From IMG/VR virus record IMGVR_UViG_2537562173_000011, positions 1 through 28,423 of that record: a DNA stretch of 28,423 nucleotides; one strand, 5' to 3'. The position numbers and the translations under genes are program-made. This document shows positions 1-8,788 of the stretch, one piece after another (the first letter of the stretch is position 1; every line of letters starts with the position of its first letter). Under the pieces are notes generated by a model. That model searched no databases, was not told the origin of the DNA, and was given only the letters and a program-made list of their open reading frames with translations. The DNA is from a virus (lineage: Duplodnaviria > Heunggongvirae > Uroviricota > Caudoviricetes).

Positions 1-1158
1 ATGCTCACCGTTAAGCAGATTGAAGCAGCAAAGCCGAAAGAAAAACCATACCGCCTACTCGATGGTAATGGCCTGTACCTTTATGTCCCTGTATCAGGGA
101 AAAAGGTATGGCAGCTTCGCTACAAGATTGACGGTAAGGAGAAAATCCTGACCGTCGGAAAATATCCACTTATGACTTTGCAGGAGGCAAGAGATAAAGC
201 ATGGACCGCGAGGAAAGACATCTCGGTTGGCATCGATCCGGTAAAAGCGAAAAAGGCTTCGTCTAACAACAATTCCTTTAGTGCGATTTACAAGGAATGG
301 TACGAGCACAAGAAGCAAGTCTGGTCAGTAGGCTATGCAACTGAACTTGCAAAAATGTTTGATGACGACATTTTACCTATCATCGGCGGCCTTGAAATTC
401 AGGATATTGAGCCGATGCAACTGCTGGAAGTAATCCGCAGATTTGAAGATCGCGGTGCAATGGAGCGAGCCAACAAAGCCCGCAGAAGATGCGGCGAGGT
501 TTTCCGTTACGCTATTGTCACTGGTAGGGCTAAATATAACCCGGCACCTGACCTTGCTGACGCCATGAAGGGATACCGCAAGAAGAACTTCCCGTTTCTT
601 CCTGCAGACCAGATCCCTGCATTCAACAAAGCACTGGCAACATTTTCAGGAAGTATCGTATCGCTCATTGCGACCAAAGTTTTACGCTACACAGCCCTAA
701 GAACGAAAGAGCTTCGTTCCATGCTATGGAAGAACGTCGATTTTGAAAACAGGATTATCACCATCGACGCCAGTGTGATGAAGGGACGCAAAATTCATGT
801 GGTCCCGATGTCAGACCAGGTGGTTGAACTTCTCACTACGCTAAGCTCCATCACCAAACCAGTATCAGAGTTTGTTTTTGCCGGGCGCAACGATAAGAAG
901 AAGCCAATCTGCGAGAACGCAGTTCTACTTGTGATCAAACAAATCGGCTATGAGGGTCTAGAAAGCGGTCACGGATTCAGGCATGAATTCAGCACGATTA
1001 TGAACGAGCACGAATGGCCTGCTGACGCTATTGAAGTGCAACTGGCACATGCCAACGGCGGATCTGTGCGCGGTATTTACAACCATGCTCAGTATCTCGA
1101 TAAGCGCAGAGAAATGATGCAGTGGTGGGCGGATTGGCTTGATGAGAAGGTAGAGTGA
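1..1158 (+). CDS. intS: Tyrosine recombinase, P4/IntS-family prophage integrase (385 aa, full length)
   Basis: ATG at position 1; the 385-aa translation matches what I recall of E. coli CPS-53/KplE1 IntS (argW-targeting). The C-terminal catalytic region (HGFRHEF ... HANGGSVRGIYNH) is typical of tyrosine recombinases. Confidence 0.9.
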   Translation: MLTVKQIEAAKPKEKPYRLLDGNGLYLYVPVSGKKVWQLRYKIDGKEKILTVGKYPLMTLQEARDKAWTARKDISVGIDPVKAKKASSNNNSFSAIYKEWYEHKKQVWSVGYATELAKMFDDDILPIIGGLEIQDIEPMQLLEVIRRFEDRGAMERANKARRRCGEVFRYAIVTGRAKYNPAPDLADAMKGYRKKNFPFLPADQIPAFNKALATFSGSIVSLIATKVLRYTALRTKELRSMLWKNVDFENRIITIDASVMKGRKIHVVPMSDQVVELLTTLSSITKPVSEFVFAGRNDKKKPICENAVLLVIKQIGYEGLESGHGFRHEFSTIMNEHEWPADAIEVQLAHANGGSVRGIYNHAQYLDKRREMMQWWADWLDEKVE

Positions 1159-1309
1159 TCCGCCTTAACAACTATCGAAGAGCACAAAGCCTTGTGTGTC
1201 TCATAGGCTATGAAACAATCATTTTACATGGTTACTTCACTACTTCCGCACAATATGATATCGTTCACAATCTAAAAACATTAATAATTTATCCATTACC
1301 GCGGTTAAT

Positions 1310-1336
1310 GCCCGTCGCTTCCAACGGGCTTTTTTG
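1310..1336 (+). terminator. Rho-independent terminator downstream of int
   Basis: Hairpin gcccgt-cgcttcca-acgggc followed by TTTTTT, beginning about 150 bp after the int stop. Confidence 0.5.
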
Positions 1337-1397
1337 TAAATTATATTTTTATTACCTTATATTAATATTGGTAATATGTCTGCATGATGTTTTATAT

Positions 1398-2153
1398 TTA
1401 TTGCGTGAGCTTCGCATGATAGCTGGAGCATCTCTTGTCATCACTAATTAGCTCCGCTTTATCCGTTCTTGCCCATATTATATTTCTTTTTATTATTTTT
1501 GCTGGATTACCGGCTGCTGCACACATAGATGGCACATCTTTAGTTACAATACTCCCATACCCAATGACAGATCCGCTTCCAACAGATACTCCTTTCATTA
1601 TAGAGACATTTCTCCCTACCCATACGTAACTAGATATAATGATATCTTTTGCCCAATTAATCCTTTTTTTGCTATGAATATCAAATATAGGATGCCCATC
1701 TGATGCACGCAAAATAACATCTCTTGCTATCATGCAGTCATGGCCAATTGTAACATTGCACTTATCAGTGACGACTTCAAAACCTGCACCTATTGTCGTT
1801 CTTCTACCGATAATAACTTTTGAACCTTTTGTTGCGACAATATCACCTTTAATCTTACTGTTTTTATGTATTCTTACGTAATTATTATCACCCCTAAATA
1901 TTACGGTAAGCCATCGACACTCAACATCATCTTCTATAATAAGTTTGTTATTGTTTCCATTGAACTGAACTTTATTCTCTTTGCTATTTACAAGATCTCC
2001 ACATACAAAAACATTACCTGACCCATTATCATCAACGGAAAACGAGTCTTGAGTCTTGAGTCTTGAGACTTGAGTCTTGAGGCTTGAGTCTTGAGTCTTG
2101 AGTCTTGAGACTTGAGTCTTGAGGCTTGAGTCTTGAGTCTTGAGTCTTAACAT
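1398..2153 (-). CDS. neuO: Polysialic acid (K1 capsule) O-acetyltransferase, hexapeptide-repeat family, phase-variable
   Basis: 251-aa ORF starting at ATG 2153. N-terminus is built from RLKTQDS-type heptads encoded by AAGACTC repeats; the rest has left-handed beta-helix acetyltransferase character (IGAGFEVV, VGSGSVIGYGSIV). AT-rich, sits between int and tailspike as in CUS-3. Confidence 0.85.
   Translation of the reverse strand: MLRLKTQDSSLKTQVSRLKTQDSSLKTQVSRLKTQDSFSVDDNGSGNVFVCGDLVNSKENKVQFNGNNNKLIIEDDVECRWLTVIFRGDNNYVRIHKNSKIKGDIVATKGSKVIIGRRTTIGAGFEVVTDKCNVTIGHDCMIARDVILRASDGHPIFDIHSKKRINWAKDIIISSYVWVGRNVSIMKGVSVGSGSVIGYGSIVTKDVPSMCAAAGNPAKIIKRNIIWARTDKAELISDDKRCSSYHAKLTQ
2044..2148 (-). 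repeat. Heptanucleotide VNTR, 15 tandem units (coding strand 5'-AAGACTC-3') at the 5' end of neuO
   Basis: Counted directly: 15 contiguous 7-bp units, 11 perfect AAGACTC plus 2 AAGCCTC and 2 AAGTCTC, arranged as a 42-bp super-unit. 15 is a multiple of 3, so the ORF reads through in frame (ON state). Confidence 0.95.
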
Positions 2154-2306
2154 ATTAGTATCCTACGTTATTTTACCACTAGTTACTTTTCTTGTCATTA
2201 AAAAGCATTTAAATTTTTATATTTAATTTCGTTGACGTCAATGTTTTTTGCCAATGTACTTACTTCTTTATGTGATCAGTTCATATTTTTGACGCCAACG
2301 AAACAT

Positions 2307-5252
2307 TTAGTGCTTCCCTTCTATTAAGTCTAACCTAGCTTTTATTCTTTCTATTTCTCTGCGCTGCCATGCTGCCTCGATATAGAATAAGAGATCAGGT
2401 CTGACCCCCCATCTAGATCCTGCTGGCGTTATTTCAACGCGCTCAATGATGTCTTCCATTACCATCACTGGATTATCATCCTCATCAACAATGATGCTCC
2501 CGTCATTATCAGTCAGCGGCATTTCCCTTTGGCCAGTAATGACGTCATCATATACTGCGGGATAATCGTCATAGCAAAGAAAGGCATAGCGGCATGTTGT
2601 GCTTTCTTCTTCCATGAGTCCGTGAGAAATAAGAACATCACGAAGTTGCTGCGCGATTACACCATGATGTATCCTCGCCCCTTCTTCCCCCTTTATAGCG
2701 ACAGCGTTCAGCCATTTATAAGCGATATACCTGACGTCACCCCAGGCATCCAGCAATGTTTCGTCAGGAGAGACCGGCTCTGTCTTTAATGTTCCGTCAC
2801 TGGTAACCACAGGATTGGAGCCAAGATAAACTATCGAGAACCTGTTTCCCGGACCACCAAGAGCATTTACATTATCAAGATAAGGTTTAACATCTCCGTT
2901 CTCAAAAAGATGTTCGAGTGCGTTATATACCGCGCGACGTGGAGTACTGCTTCTGGAACCATGCAACGTTATCATTGCACCATCTGCTGAAGACGTTGTT
3001 TCACCGCCGCTAACGATTAATCTCTGAGCGGTAACATCATCAGACGGTACTTTCTTCGCAATAATGGCGTAATTACCCTCAAGTTTGACTTCCGCGCGAA
3101 CTTGTCCTGATGTACCTGCATGGACAGTCAGTGACTGGACGGCAACATCATCTGTGAAATCAACGGGTACAGGAACCGTCCTCACGCCTGACGTCGACAT
3201 AAAAGTAGGAAGCGTTCTGTTAGGAGTGGCTCCGTAGACAAAATCCCTTGAAACAAATTCTTCCTGTTTAATTTTCACCCTGAAACAATACAAATCAGCC
3301 GGGTGACCATCGTGAACATAAGGATATTTTCTGTTGTTATCCCCTATGCTCCATGGGTTTAGAAAGTCTTCCCCACCGAAAATGTAGTACAGCCAGTTGT
3401 CTTTGATACAAACTGAACCAACACCAACCGCAGAGTTAACTATTCCGCCCTGATAAATCTGATCAGTAACATTAACCCACTCTACATTATCCAGACTCCA
3501 CTCATTGACGTTAACTCTGGTCATAAATGTTCTTGGATAGTTTCCTGCATAACGGTTATCAGGTTCTCCTCCTTCCCACTCACCAAATGCGCGCTCACTG
3601 CCAAAAATAATCAGCTCATCGCCAACTTTGGCAAAAGGAAGGTTTGAGTGATGAACATTATTTGGGAAGCGAAGAGAATTCCATGATGTACCTAAATCAG
3701 AGCTTCTGTGCAATGAACTACCGGGTTGAGTACTTAATGTCCCCCTGGTCGTCAGATACAGAATGCCATCATAATATTTTACACATGGCTCAGATGCATT
3801 CGCCTCATATTCTGCAGGTATGCGTCTGCGAACAAAGCTACCAGGAGAACCGAAAGCATCAGAGAAATAGAGTATCCCAAGCTCGCGTGGACCAATATCA
3901 CCATTATGGTAGCCAACAGCAAAACTGTTATCGCTAATCGTCGCAAAACTGTGAATCTCAGTAACAGGAGTGCTTCCGTCAACAAAAGAAGGAATAGTTC
4001 CAAGACTGGTTTTTCTCCATGGTGACGAGTGAAATGATGTACCAAAACTCCAGTATCTACCCTCGTTATTCTGATCCACATCCTGGGTATTTTGCGTCGT
4101 AACTGTAAAAGTATTTTTATCAATAACAGTAGTCACCGTCATATTCCCGGTAACACCTGTAACACCAGAGTTTGAGAAGTTGACAAAATCACCAGCAAAT
4201 AATCCGTGATCAGTAATGCGAATATAAGCGACTTGCTGATTTGCTGCTTTCGTTATACCACCATAAACGCGAAGGCTGCGACTCATTGGGCGATCCCACA
4301 ACTCTGCAACCTGCAGTTTATTTCCGCTCACGGTCCGCGTCTCAATTACAGCAAAAAGGCGATTTCTGACAACCCCCATACTCATGCAGTGATAGTTAAC
4401 TGTGGGATAGTTTTCATGTAAATCTGTAAGCCATTCCGGCGTTGTCCAGGTCTTCCCGTCATCTCCTGAGCGAACCCATGCAACATGGAGGTTATTTACA
4501 CCATGGCGGTCCCCAGCCATAAAAGGCGCATAGATGACATTGTCATATACAAACGTTTTATCCTGCGTCCAGGCGTTGTACCACGGTGTATCTGTAATTT
4601 TAAATAACTCTCCCTGGATAAAATCTTCAGAAACATAAAAAAGAGGCTGACCCGGTATTCTCTCAAATAAAAAACGAGCATTTTTAAATCGACTGACATC
4701 TGGAAGAGTTGATACTTTAAAAGTAAGCCCTCGCCCATCTATCTTTTCACCACCTGTTGCAACAGAAAGTAATTCTGATAGAGCTGATGTATCATCATGA
4801 ACACCATCACCAATAGCCCCCCAACCTCTTACATCATAACTGTCTCTCCATCTTGCTATCTGAAGTTTTGGGTATTTATTCGCTCCATCTGGGTCTTCTA
4901 ATTGCTGCCGTAGTTGATCAGGATCATACTTCAGCACATTCTGGAAATAGAACTGCTGTACGCCATACGCATCGTACACAGCCATAGAATGGCCTTGCAC
5001 AGTTACGAACTTGGCAATCCGTCCGTTATATACAGGGTAACCAGCAGCGTTAATGATGATTGGTTGCGAAACAGGAACGTGAGAGCCGTCTTCGTTCTCT
5101 ACATAAACCTGAATCCGGTTTTCAGGATTTACCGGGTCAGTGTCAATTTTACCGATATAAATTTTGCCATTGGCTACGGCTTTAAAAGAACGCGCCATAG
5201 TGAAGAGTTGCGAAGGCATCGATACAATCACATTGGCTGTAATGTCTGTCAT
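2307..5252 (-). CDS. Tailspike with P22 gp9-like head-binding N-terminus fused to an endo-N-acetylneuraminidase (endosialidase)
   Basis: 981 aa. N-terminus MTDITANV...[13 protein letters not shown]...VLKYDPDQ is near-identical in pattern to the P22 tailspike head-binding domain; the remainder is consistent with K1-phage endosialidase tailspikes. Position next to ant matches P22 gene 9. Confidence 0.85.
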   Translation of the reverse strand: MTDITANVIVSMPSQLFTMARSFKAVANGKIYIGKIDTDPVNPENRIQVYVENEDGSHVPVSQPIIINAAGYPVYNGRIAKFVTVQGHSMAVYDAYGVQQFYFQNVLKYDPDQLRQQLEDPDGANKYPKLQIARWRDSYDVRGWGAIGDGVHDDTSALSELLSVATGGEKIDGRGLTFKVSTLPDVSRFKNARFLFERIPGQPLFYVSEDFIQGELFKITDTPWYNAWTQDKTFVYDNVIYAPFMAGDRHGVNNLHVAWVRSGDDGKTWTTPEWLTDLHENYPTVNYHCMSMGVVRNRLFAVIETRTVSGNKLQVAELWDRPMSRSLRVYGGITKAANQQVAYIRITDHGLFAGDFVNFSNSGVTGVTGNMTVTTVIDKNTFTVTTQNTQDVDQNNEGRYWSFGTSFHSSPWRKTSLGTIPSFVDGSTPVTEIHSFATISDNSFAVGYHNGDIGPRELGILYFSDAFGSPGSFVRRRIPAEYEANASEPCVKYYDGILYLTTRGTLSTQPGSSLHRSSDLGTSWNSLRFPNNVHHSNLPFAKVGDELIIFGSERAFGEWEGGEPDNRYAGNYPRTFMTRVNVNEWSLDNVEWVNVTDQIYQGGIVNSAVGVGSVCIKDNWLYYIFGGEDFLNPWSIGDNNRKYPYVHDGHPADLYCFRVKIKQEEFVSRDFVYGATPNRTLPTFMSTSGVRTVPVPVDFTDDVAVQSLTVHAGTSGQVRAEVKLEGNYAIIAKKVPSDDVTAQRLIVSGGETTSSADGAMITLHGSRSSTPRRAVYNALEHLFENGDVKPYLDNVNALGGPGNRFSIVYLGSNPVVTSDGTLKTEPVSPDETLLDAWGDVRYIAYKWLNAVAIKGEEGARIHHGVIAQQLRDVLISHGLMEEESTTCRYAFLCYDDYPAVYDDVITGQREMPLTDNDGSIIVDEDDNPVMVMEDIIERVEITPAGSRWGVRPDLLFYIEAAWQRREIERIKARLDLIEGKH

Positions 5253-5308
5253 TTAATTTGCTCCAGATGCAAAGAATCGCCGCAGCATGGCCACGGTGAA
5301 TTTTGGGC

Positions 5309-5334
5309 ATAAAAAAACCCAGCCGAAGCTGGGT
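5309..5334 (-). terminator. Rho-independent terminator between ant and tailspike
   Basis: On the minus strand: hairpin cccagc-ttcg-gctggg followed by a T7 run, located between the ant stop (5353) and the tailspike start (5252). Confidence 0.55.
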
Positions 5335-5352
5335 CGTTGCGTTGGTTATCTG

Positions 5353-6255
5353 TCAGTAATTATGTACTGAAGGAGGTAATTCTTTATTCTTAAGTCTCAT
5401 CCATGCGGAAAGATTCGTTGGTCCGTCTGGCTCATTGATATCAACATCTCGTGTGTGATTGATTAAAACGTCTCTCGCCATATCGATAATACGGGAGAAC
5501 TCATAACCGCAGTCATGACATCTGCCGGAATAGTTCGATTGAATTTGTTTTAGCGCCGGATACAGTTCGCGGAATAATGCCTGTGAGCGGTTGGCATAAT
5601 CCCATAGCCATACAAGGCTGTTTGCTTCTTTTGCAGAAAGCTCGTTGGTTTTCTTCTCTTGTTTGCCGATGAACTCACCTTCAAGCACTACCCTGTGGAT
5701 GTACTCTACTGCTTGTGGTATCTGAGATGCATCAAGCTCTTCAATACTTTCCACATTGAAACGCTGATGAATCATTGCATAAGCTTCTGGGTACATTAGA
5801 TGCTTTTTGCTGACTAGCATATTTACAGCATCACGAAGCGGAGTCCTGTCATCAACAGATGTTTTCTTCCGTGCATTTGCTGCCTCTCCCTTTGTCCAGT
5901 AGTCATGCAGCACAGTAAAGCATTCTTCCTGGTACTGAATCAGTTTATCGCGGATGTCAGCACGAACTTTCTCAGGGTTGATGCTGAACAGCCATCCATT
6001 TAACTTCTTCAAAGGAAGGCAGAGTAGCTTACGAAGCTTACCATCAGCGGCAACCATGTTCATATGAACACAGTTGAATTTGCTAATCTGCTTCATGAGT
6101 TTTGTTTGCTGCGTTGACCAGCTCATTCCGAGGTTTTCAACGATTGGCTTCATCGCAACATATGCAACTCCGGCAGCCATGGCGGTGATAATTTGCTGAC
6201 CGTTGAATGGCACGTAAGAGGTGTTCACTGCTTCTAAAATTGCTATACTATTCAT
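5353..6255 (-). CDS. ant: Antirepressor Ant (immI)
   Basis: Position immediately upstream of the tailspike and downstream of arc, as in P22 immI. I chose ATG 6255 ([10 protein letters not shown]...); the track's longer ORF begins at a GTG at 6321 just after an in-frame stop. Confidence 0.75.
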   Translation of the reverse strand: MNSIAILEAVNTSYVPFNGQQIITAMAAGVAYVAMKPIVENLGMSWSTQQTKLMKQISKFNCVHMNMVAADGKLRKLLCLPLKKLNGWLFSINPEKVRADIRDKLIQYQEECFTVLHDYWTKGEAANARKKTSVDDRTPLRDAVNMLVSKKHLMYPEAYAMIHQRFNVESIEELDASQIPQAVEYIHRVVLEGEFIGKQEKKTNELSAKEANSLVWLWDYANRSQALFRELYPALKQIQSNYSGRCHDCGYEFSRIIDMARDVLINHTRDVDINEPDGPTNLSAWMRLKNKELPPSVHNY

Positions 6256-6487
6256 GTTGGTTTTTCTCCACGGATTTACCGACAACCGAAGCCCTGACTG
6301 TTCCAGCAGTTGGGGCTTCACTGTTTTGATTTCTTTGCCGCATCAAGCATCACTTCTGAAAACGTGCGCTTGCCACTGAATACTCTTTCTCTTCTCAATT
6401 TTTCGTTCGTGCCAAATGATTCGCCATGAACAAAATTTGGTCTTAAAATGGTAATCGCAATCTCTTTGACTACTGCATCCAAGCGAA

Positions 6488-6640
6488 TCACACCGTTACC
6501 CCCTCTCTCTTCAGGCTGTCTATCAGGCGCTTGATAACCTCTGAGTTAAACGACCTGCACTCTTCCTTTGCCCTGCTACCGATAGCATCCTTTAACGACT
6601 GCGGCATCCTTACCAAAATCTTACTTATTTCTTTCTCCAT
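6488..6640 (-). CDS. arc: Arc-like ribbon-helix-helix repressor
   Basis: 51 aa from ATG 6640 with a GGAGGG Shine-Dalgarno. Sequence ...RMPQSLKDAIGSRAKEECRSFNSEVIKRLIDSL resembles P22 Arc (GRSVNSEI motif region). Divergent from mnt. Confidence 0.7.
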   Translation of the reverse strand: MEKEISKILVRMPQSLKDAIGSRAKEECRSFNSEVIKRLIDSLKREGVTV

Positions 6641-6754
6641 GTTACCCTCCACGCAAACAACTCTTTTCGAATACAAAAGATAGCAAAGTGAGTATATCTA
6701 GTCAAAATTTTTTTGCATACACTTTGCTATCAAATTGAATACCAAAGGTGTTAT
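6641..6754. promoter_or_regulatory. Divergent immI promoter/operator region between arc and mnt
   Basis: 114-bp AT-rich spacer between divergent RHH repressor genes; contains 12-bp inverted repeats gatagcaaagtg (6679-6690) and cactttgctatc (6720-6731). Confidence 0.4.
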
Positions 6755-7003
6755 ATGGCAAAGGGTGTGTCAATTTCTCCAACTACGGTAAGAATCCCTG
6801 AATCTTTACGCGAGGCTCTTGCTGTCAGAGCATCAAAAAATGGTCGCTCTGTTAACTCCGAGATCGTCATGATTTTGCAAGCCGCGATTGATGAAGATAG
6901 GTCGCCAAAGTCAGTTGAGTCATTTGCTCAGCAAGAAGCTGATAAATTCAAAGAGGCGCTACTTGAGACGCTAAAGACCATGTATGCTAAGGATGAAAAA
7001 TAA
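6755..7003 (+). CDS. mnt: Mnt-like ribbon-helix-helix maintenance repressor
   Basis: 82 aa from ATG 6755 (SD AAGGTG). ...RIPESLREALAVRASKNGRSVNSEIVMILQAA... resembles P22 Mnt; length and divergent orientation relative to arc match P22. Confidence 0.75.
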   Translation: MAKGVSISPTTVRIPESLREALAVRASKNGRSVNSEIVMILQAAIDEDRSPKSVESFAQQEADKFKEALLETLKTMYAKDEK

Positions 7004-7539
7004 TGCTGCACACAATTCATTTCTTATGCCCTGTTAACACTGCCACTGTTGGGCAACTTCAGAACCACTGTCTCACCGCATTATCTCAAGGCGCAACTGA
7101 ATTAAATATCCATATATCAAGTCAGGGAGGGGAAACTGCTGCTGGCTTTACTGCGTATAACTTTCTTAAGTCACTCCCTGTTACCGTTAGAACTCACAAC
7201 ATAAGCAATGTTGAATCCATAGCTAATATCGTTTTCCTGGCTGGCTCAGAACGTTTCGCAAACCCATTATCAAGATTCCTGTTACATCCTCTATTATGGT
7301 GCTTTGCCTCCCCAGCCGCCGACCATGCCAGATTGAGAGAGTACGGGAAATGCCTCGATAACGATCTTGATCGCTTCGTTGAGACGTTCAATATCGACAT
7401 CGGAACCCATATTAGGTGGGCATCCCTGATAGCAGACTCGACCATTTTGGATGCTAACAAGGCTCTTGAGCATGGCATAATTAATTCCATAAAAACTGCA
7501 AGGCTGGCATCCAATCAGGCAAACTGGTGGGTTGTTTGA
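7003..7539 (+). CDS. ClpP-fold (S14-like) serine protease homolog, 178 aa, translationally coupled to mnt
   Basis: Start ATG overlaps the mnt stop (TAATG). HISSQGGETAAGFTAYNFL...ISNVESIANIVFLAGSERF...SRFLLHPLL aligns by eye to the ClpP core (INSPGGVITAG...GQAASMGAFLLTAG...RVMIHQP), with Ser, His and Asp at the catalytic-triad positions. Confidence 0.6.
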   Translation: MLHTIHFLCPVNTATVGQLQNHCLTALSQGATELNIHISSQGGETAAGFTAYNFLKSLPVTVRTHNISNVESIANIVFLAGSERFANPLSRFLLHPLLWCFASPAADHARLREYGKCLDNDLDRFVETFNIDIGTHIRWASLIADSTILDANKALEHGIINSIKTARLASNQANWWVV

Positions 7540-7566
7540 TGGGTAAATCATGATTACTCCTTATAA

Positions 7567-7589
7567 AAAACCCACCTGACGGTGGGTTT
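7567..7589. terminator. Bidirectional rho-independent terminator between convergent hotspot genes
   Basis: aaaaaa-cccacc-tgac-ggtggg-ttt hairpin flanked by A and T runs, between the stop at 7539 (+) and the stop at 7588 (-). Confidence 0.5.
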
Positions 7590-8004
7590 AGTCAAACATA
7601 GTGTTTCTAAAGTCTCTCGCATACCCTGCTAACACTCTCATTCTATTATGATTGTTAGCAGACATGTGAGCTACAGGATGAAAAAGAGCAATCAATGAAT
7701 GCCTGTTCTCATCAAAAAGATTTTGTGCATAAACGAGAGCGGTATTGGATGTTTTATGCCACTGCAACTTTTGCGGTGTGCTGATATCTGTGCCATTTTT
7801 TATTGGCTCAAATTTATTTTCACCAATTGCTAAATGAAGGTGCATAAGGCCTGCATCTTCAATATCAGGAGGTCGATGATAAGAGGTGTCTCTGCCAAAA
7901 TAGCTGGGCAACGTTCCCGTAGACTTGTAGATGATTTTATCATCTACAAGTGTTTGTTTTAAATCAGGAAACTCAACAAAAACCGGGGAGAAAAAAATAG
8001 TCAA
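7588..8004 (-). CDS. Hypothetical protein (138 aa if the TTG start is used), second gene of a two-gene hotspot operon
   Basis: Open frame with AGGA 5 nt upstream of a TTG at 8004; first in-frame ATG would give about 85 aa. No family recognised. AT-rich. Confidence 0.4.
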   Translation of the reverse strand: MTIFFSPVFVEFPDLKQTLVDDKIIYKSTGTLPSYFGRDTSYHRPPDIEDAGLMHLHLAIGENKFEPIKNGTDISTPQKLQWHKTSNTALVYAQNLFDENRHSLIALFHPVAHMSANNHNRMRVLAGYARDFRNTMFD

Positions 8005-8046
8005 AACTATCCTGATTATATTCCACGGTTACTTGCATGTTTTACC

Positions 8047-8613
8047 TCAGTGGAAGTTACCAGAGTGAAACACACGAGTCCCGTGCTCAGCAAGCGCACG
8101 CAAACCAGCCATATCTACGGAACTATCAAAAACAACCGGAACACATGAGCGTTGTTTAATAAGACTATTCAGGTTGGTTACGGCAGATCTGGCATCAGCA
8201 ACAACGATATAGATATCTCTTGCGATCTCTTTAAAATCAGCAGAAGCTTCTTTGAATACCGATTTCATTGCCCCTTCAAGTCCTCTCAATTGATGCTCTA
8301 TCAATCGAGACTTTTCTGGTTCAATGATAGACAACACATTGTCTACATTCTCATCGGTAGCGTTTGCAAGAACACGATAAGCGTATTTCAGCATTCGAGA
8401 CAATTCTTTAATCGAAGACACCGCCTCATGAAGCTCATCATTAGCCCGTTCACTGCTGAATGAGGATTGATGGTAAGCGTGCTGAACGTTATCAGTAACA
8501 ACCACCTCACAACTGAACGCAGAAGCTTGCTGTAATAGCAAACCTATTGCGACTCCAGCTTTGGCAGCGTTCAAGCTAAACATTTCATCAATCCCATTAG
8601 TCTCATTGCTCAT
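8047..8613 (-). CDS. Hypothetical protein (188 aa), first gene of a two-gene hotspot operon
   Basis: ATG at 8613 preceded by a perfect AAGGAGG Shine-Dalgarno; predicted largely helical; no family recognised. Confidence 0.5.
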   Translation of the reverse strand: MSNETNGIDEMFSLNAAKAGVAIGLLLQQASAFSCEVVVTDNVQHAYHQSSFSSERANDELHEAVSSIKELSRMLKYAYRVLANATDENVDNVLSIIEPEKSRLIEHQLRGLEGAMKSVFKEASADFKEIARDIYIVVADARSAVTNLNSLIKQRSCVPVVFDSSVDMAGLRALAEHGTRVFHSGNFH

Positions 8614-8788
8614 ACAAACCTCCTTCTTATCGGAGATTATCAATAGCTATGCATCCATTGAATACACGCTATGCGCAATAAGTTTACGTCACGTGATATC
8701 ATTATGCAACCACCGTTCTATCACCGACTAACTTTACTCCCACTCCTATACATCATCTGGTATCCTGCGCAAAACTAAGGAGGTTGGT

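Noticed and set aside
94-318. Minus-strand ORF inside the integrase gene
   Set aside because: Fully antisense to a well-supported integrase CDS; typical shadow ORF.
1159-1397. Search for a tRNA gene or att core between int and neuO
   Set aside because: No GGTTCGAATCC-like T-arm or cloverleaf-compatible segment seen; the tRNA target is expected upstream of int, outside the window.
1155-1629. Plus-strand ORFs 1155..1451 and 1435..1629
   Set aside because: The first lies in the AT-rich int-neuO spacer across the int terminator and encodes low-complexity sequence; the second is antisense inside neuO. No RBS support; treated as spurious.
2044-2148. Tandem repeat tract considered as a possible CRISPR array or satellite
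   Set aside because: Units are 7 bp, directly tandem with no spacers, and lie inside the 5' end of an ORF; this is a coding VNTR, not CRISPR.
7003-7539. ClpP-like protein as a prohead maturation protease
   Set aside because: It lies in the immI/exclusion region co-transcribed with mnt, not in the head module, and the module already has P22-type scaffold and coat, which do not use a prohead protease.
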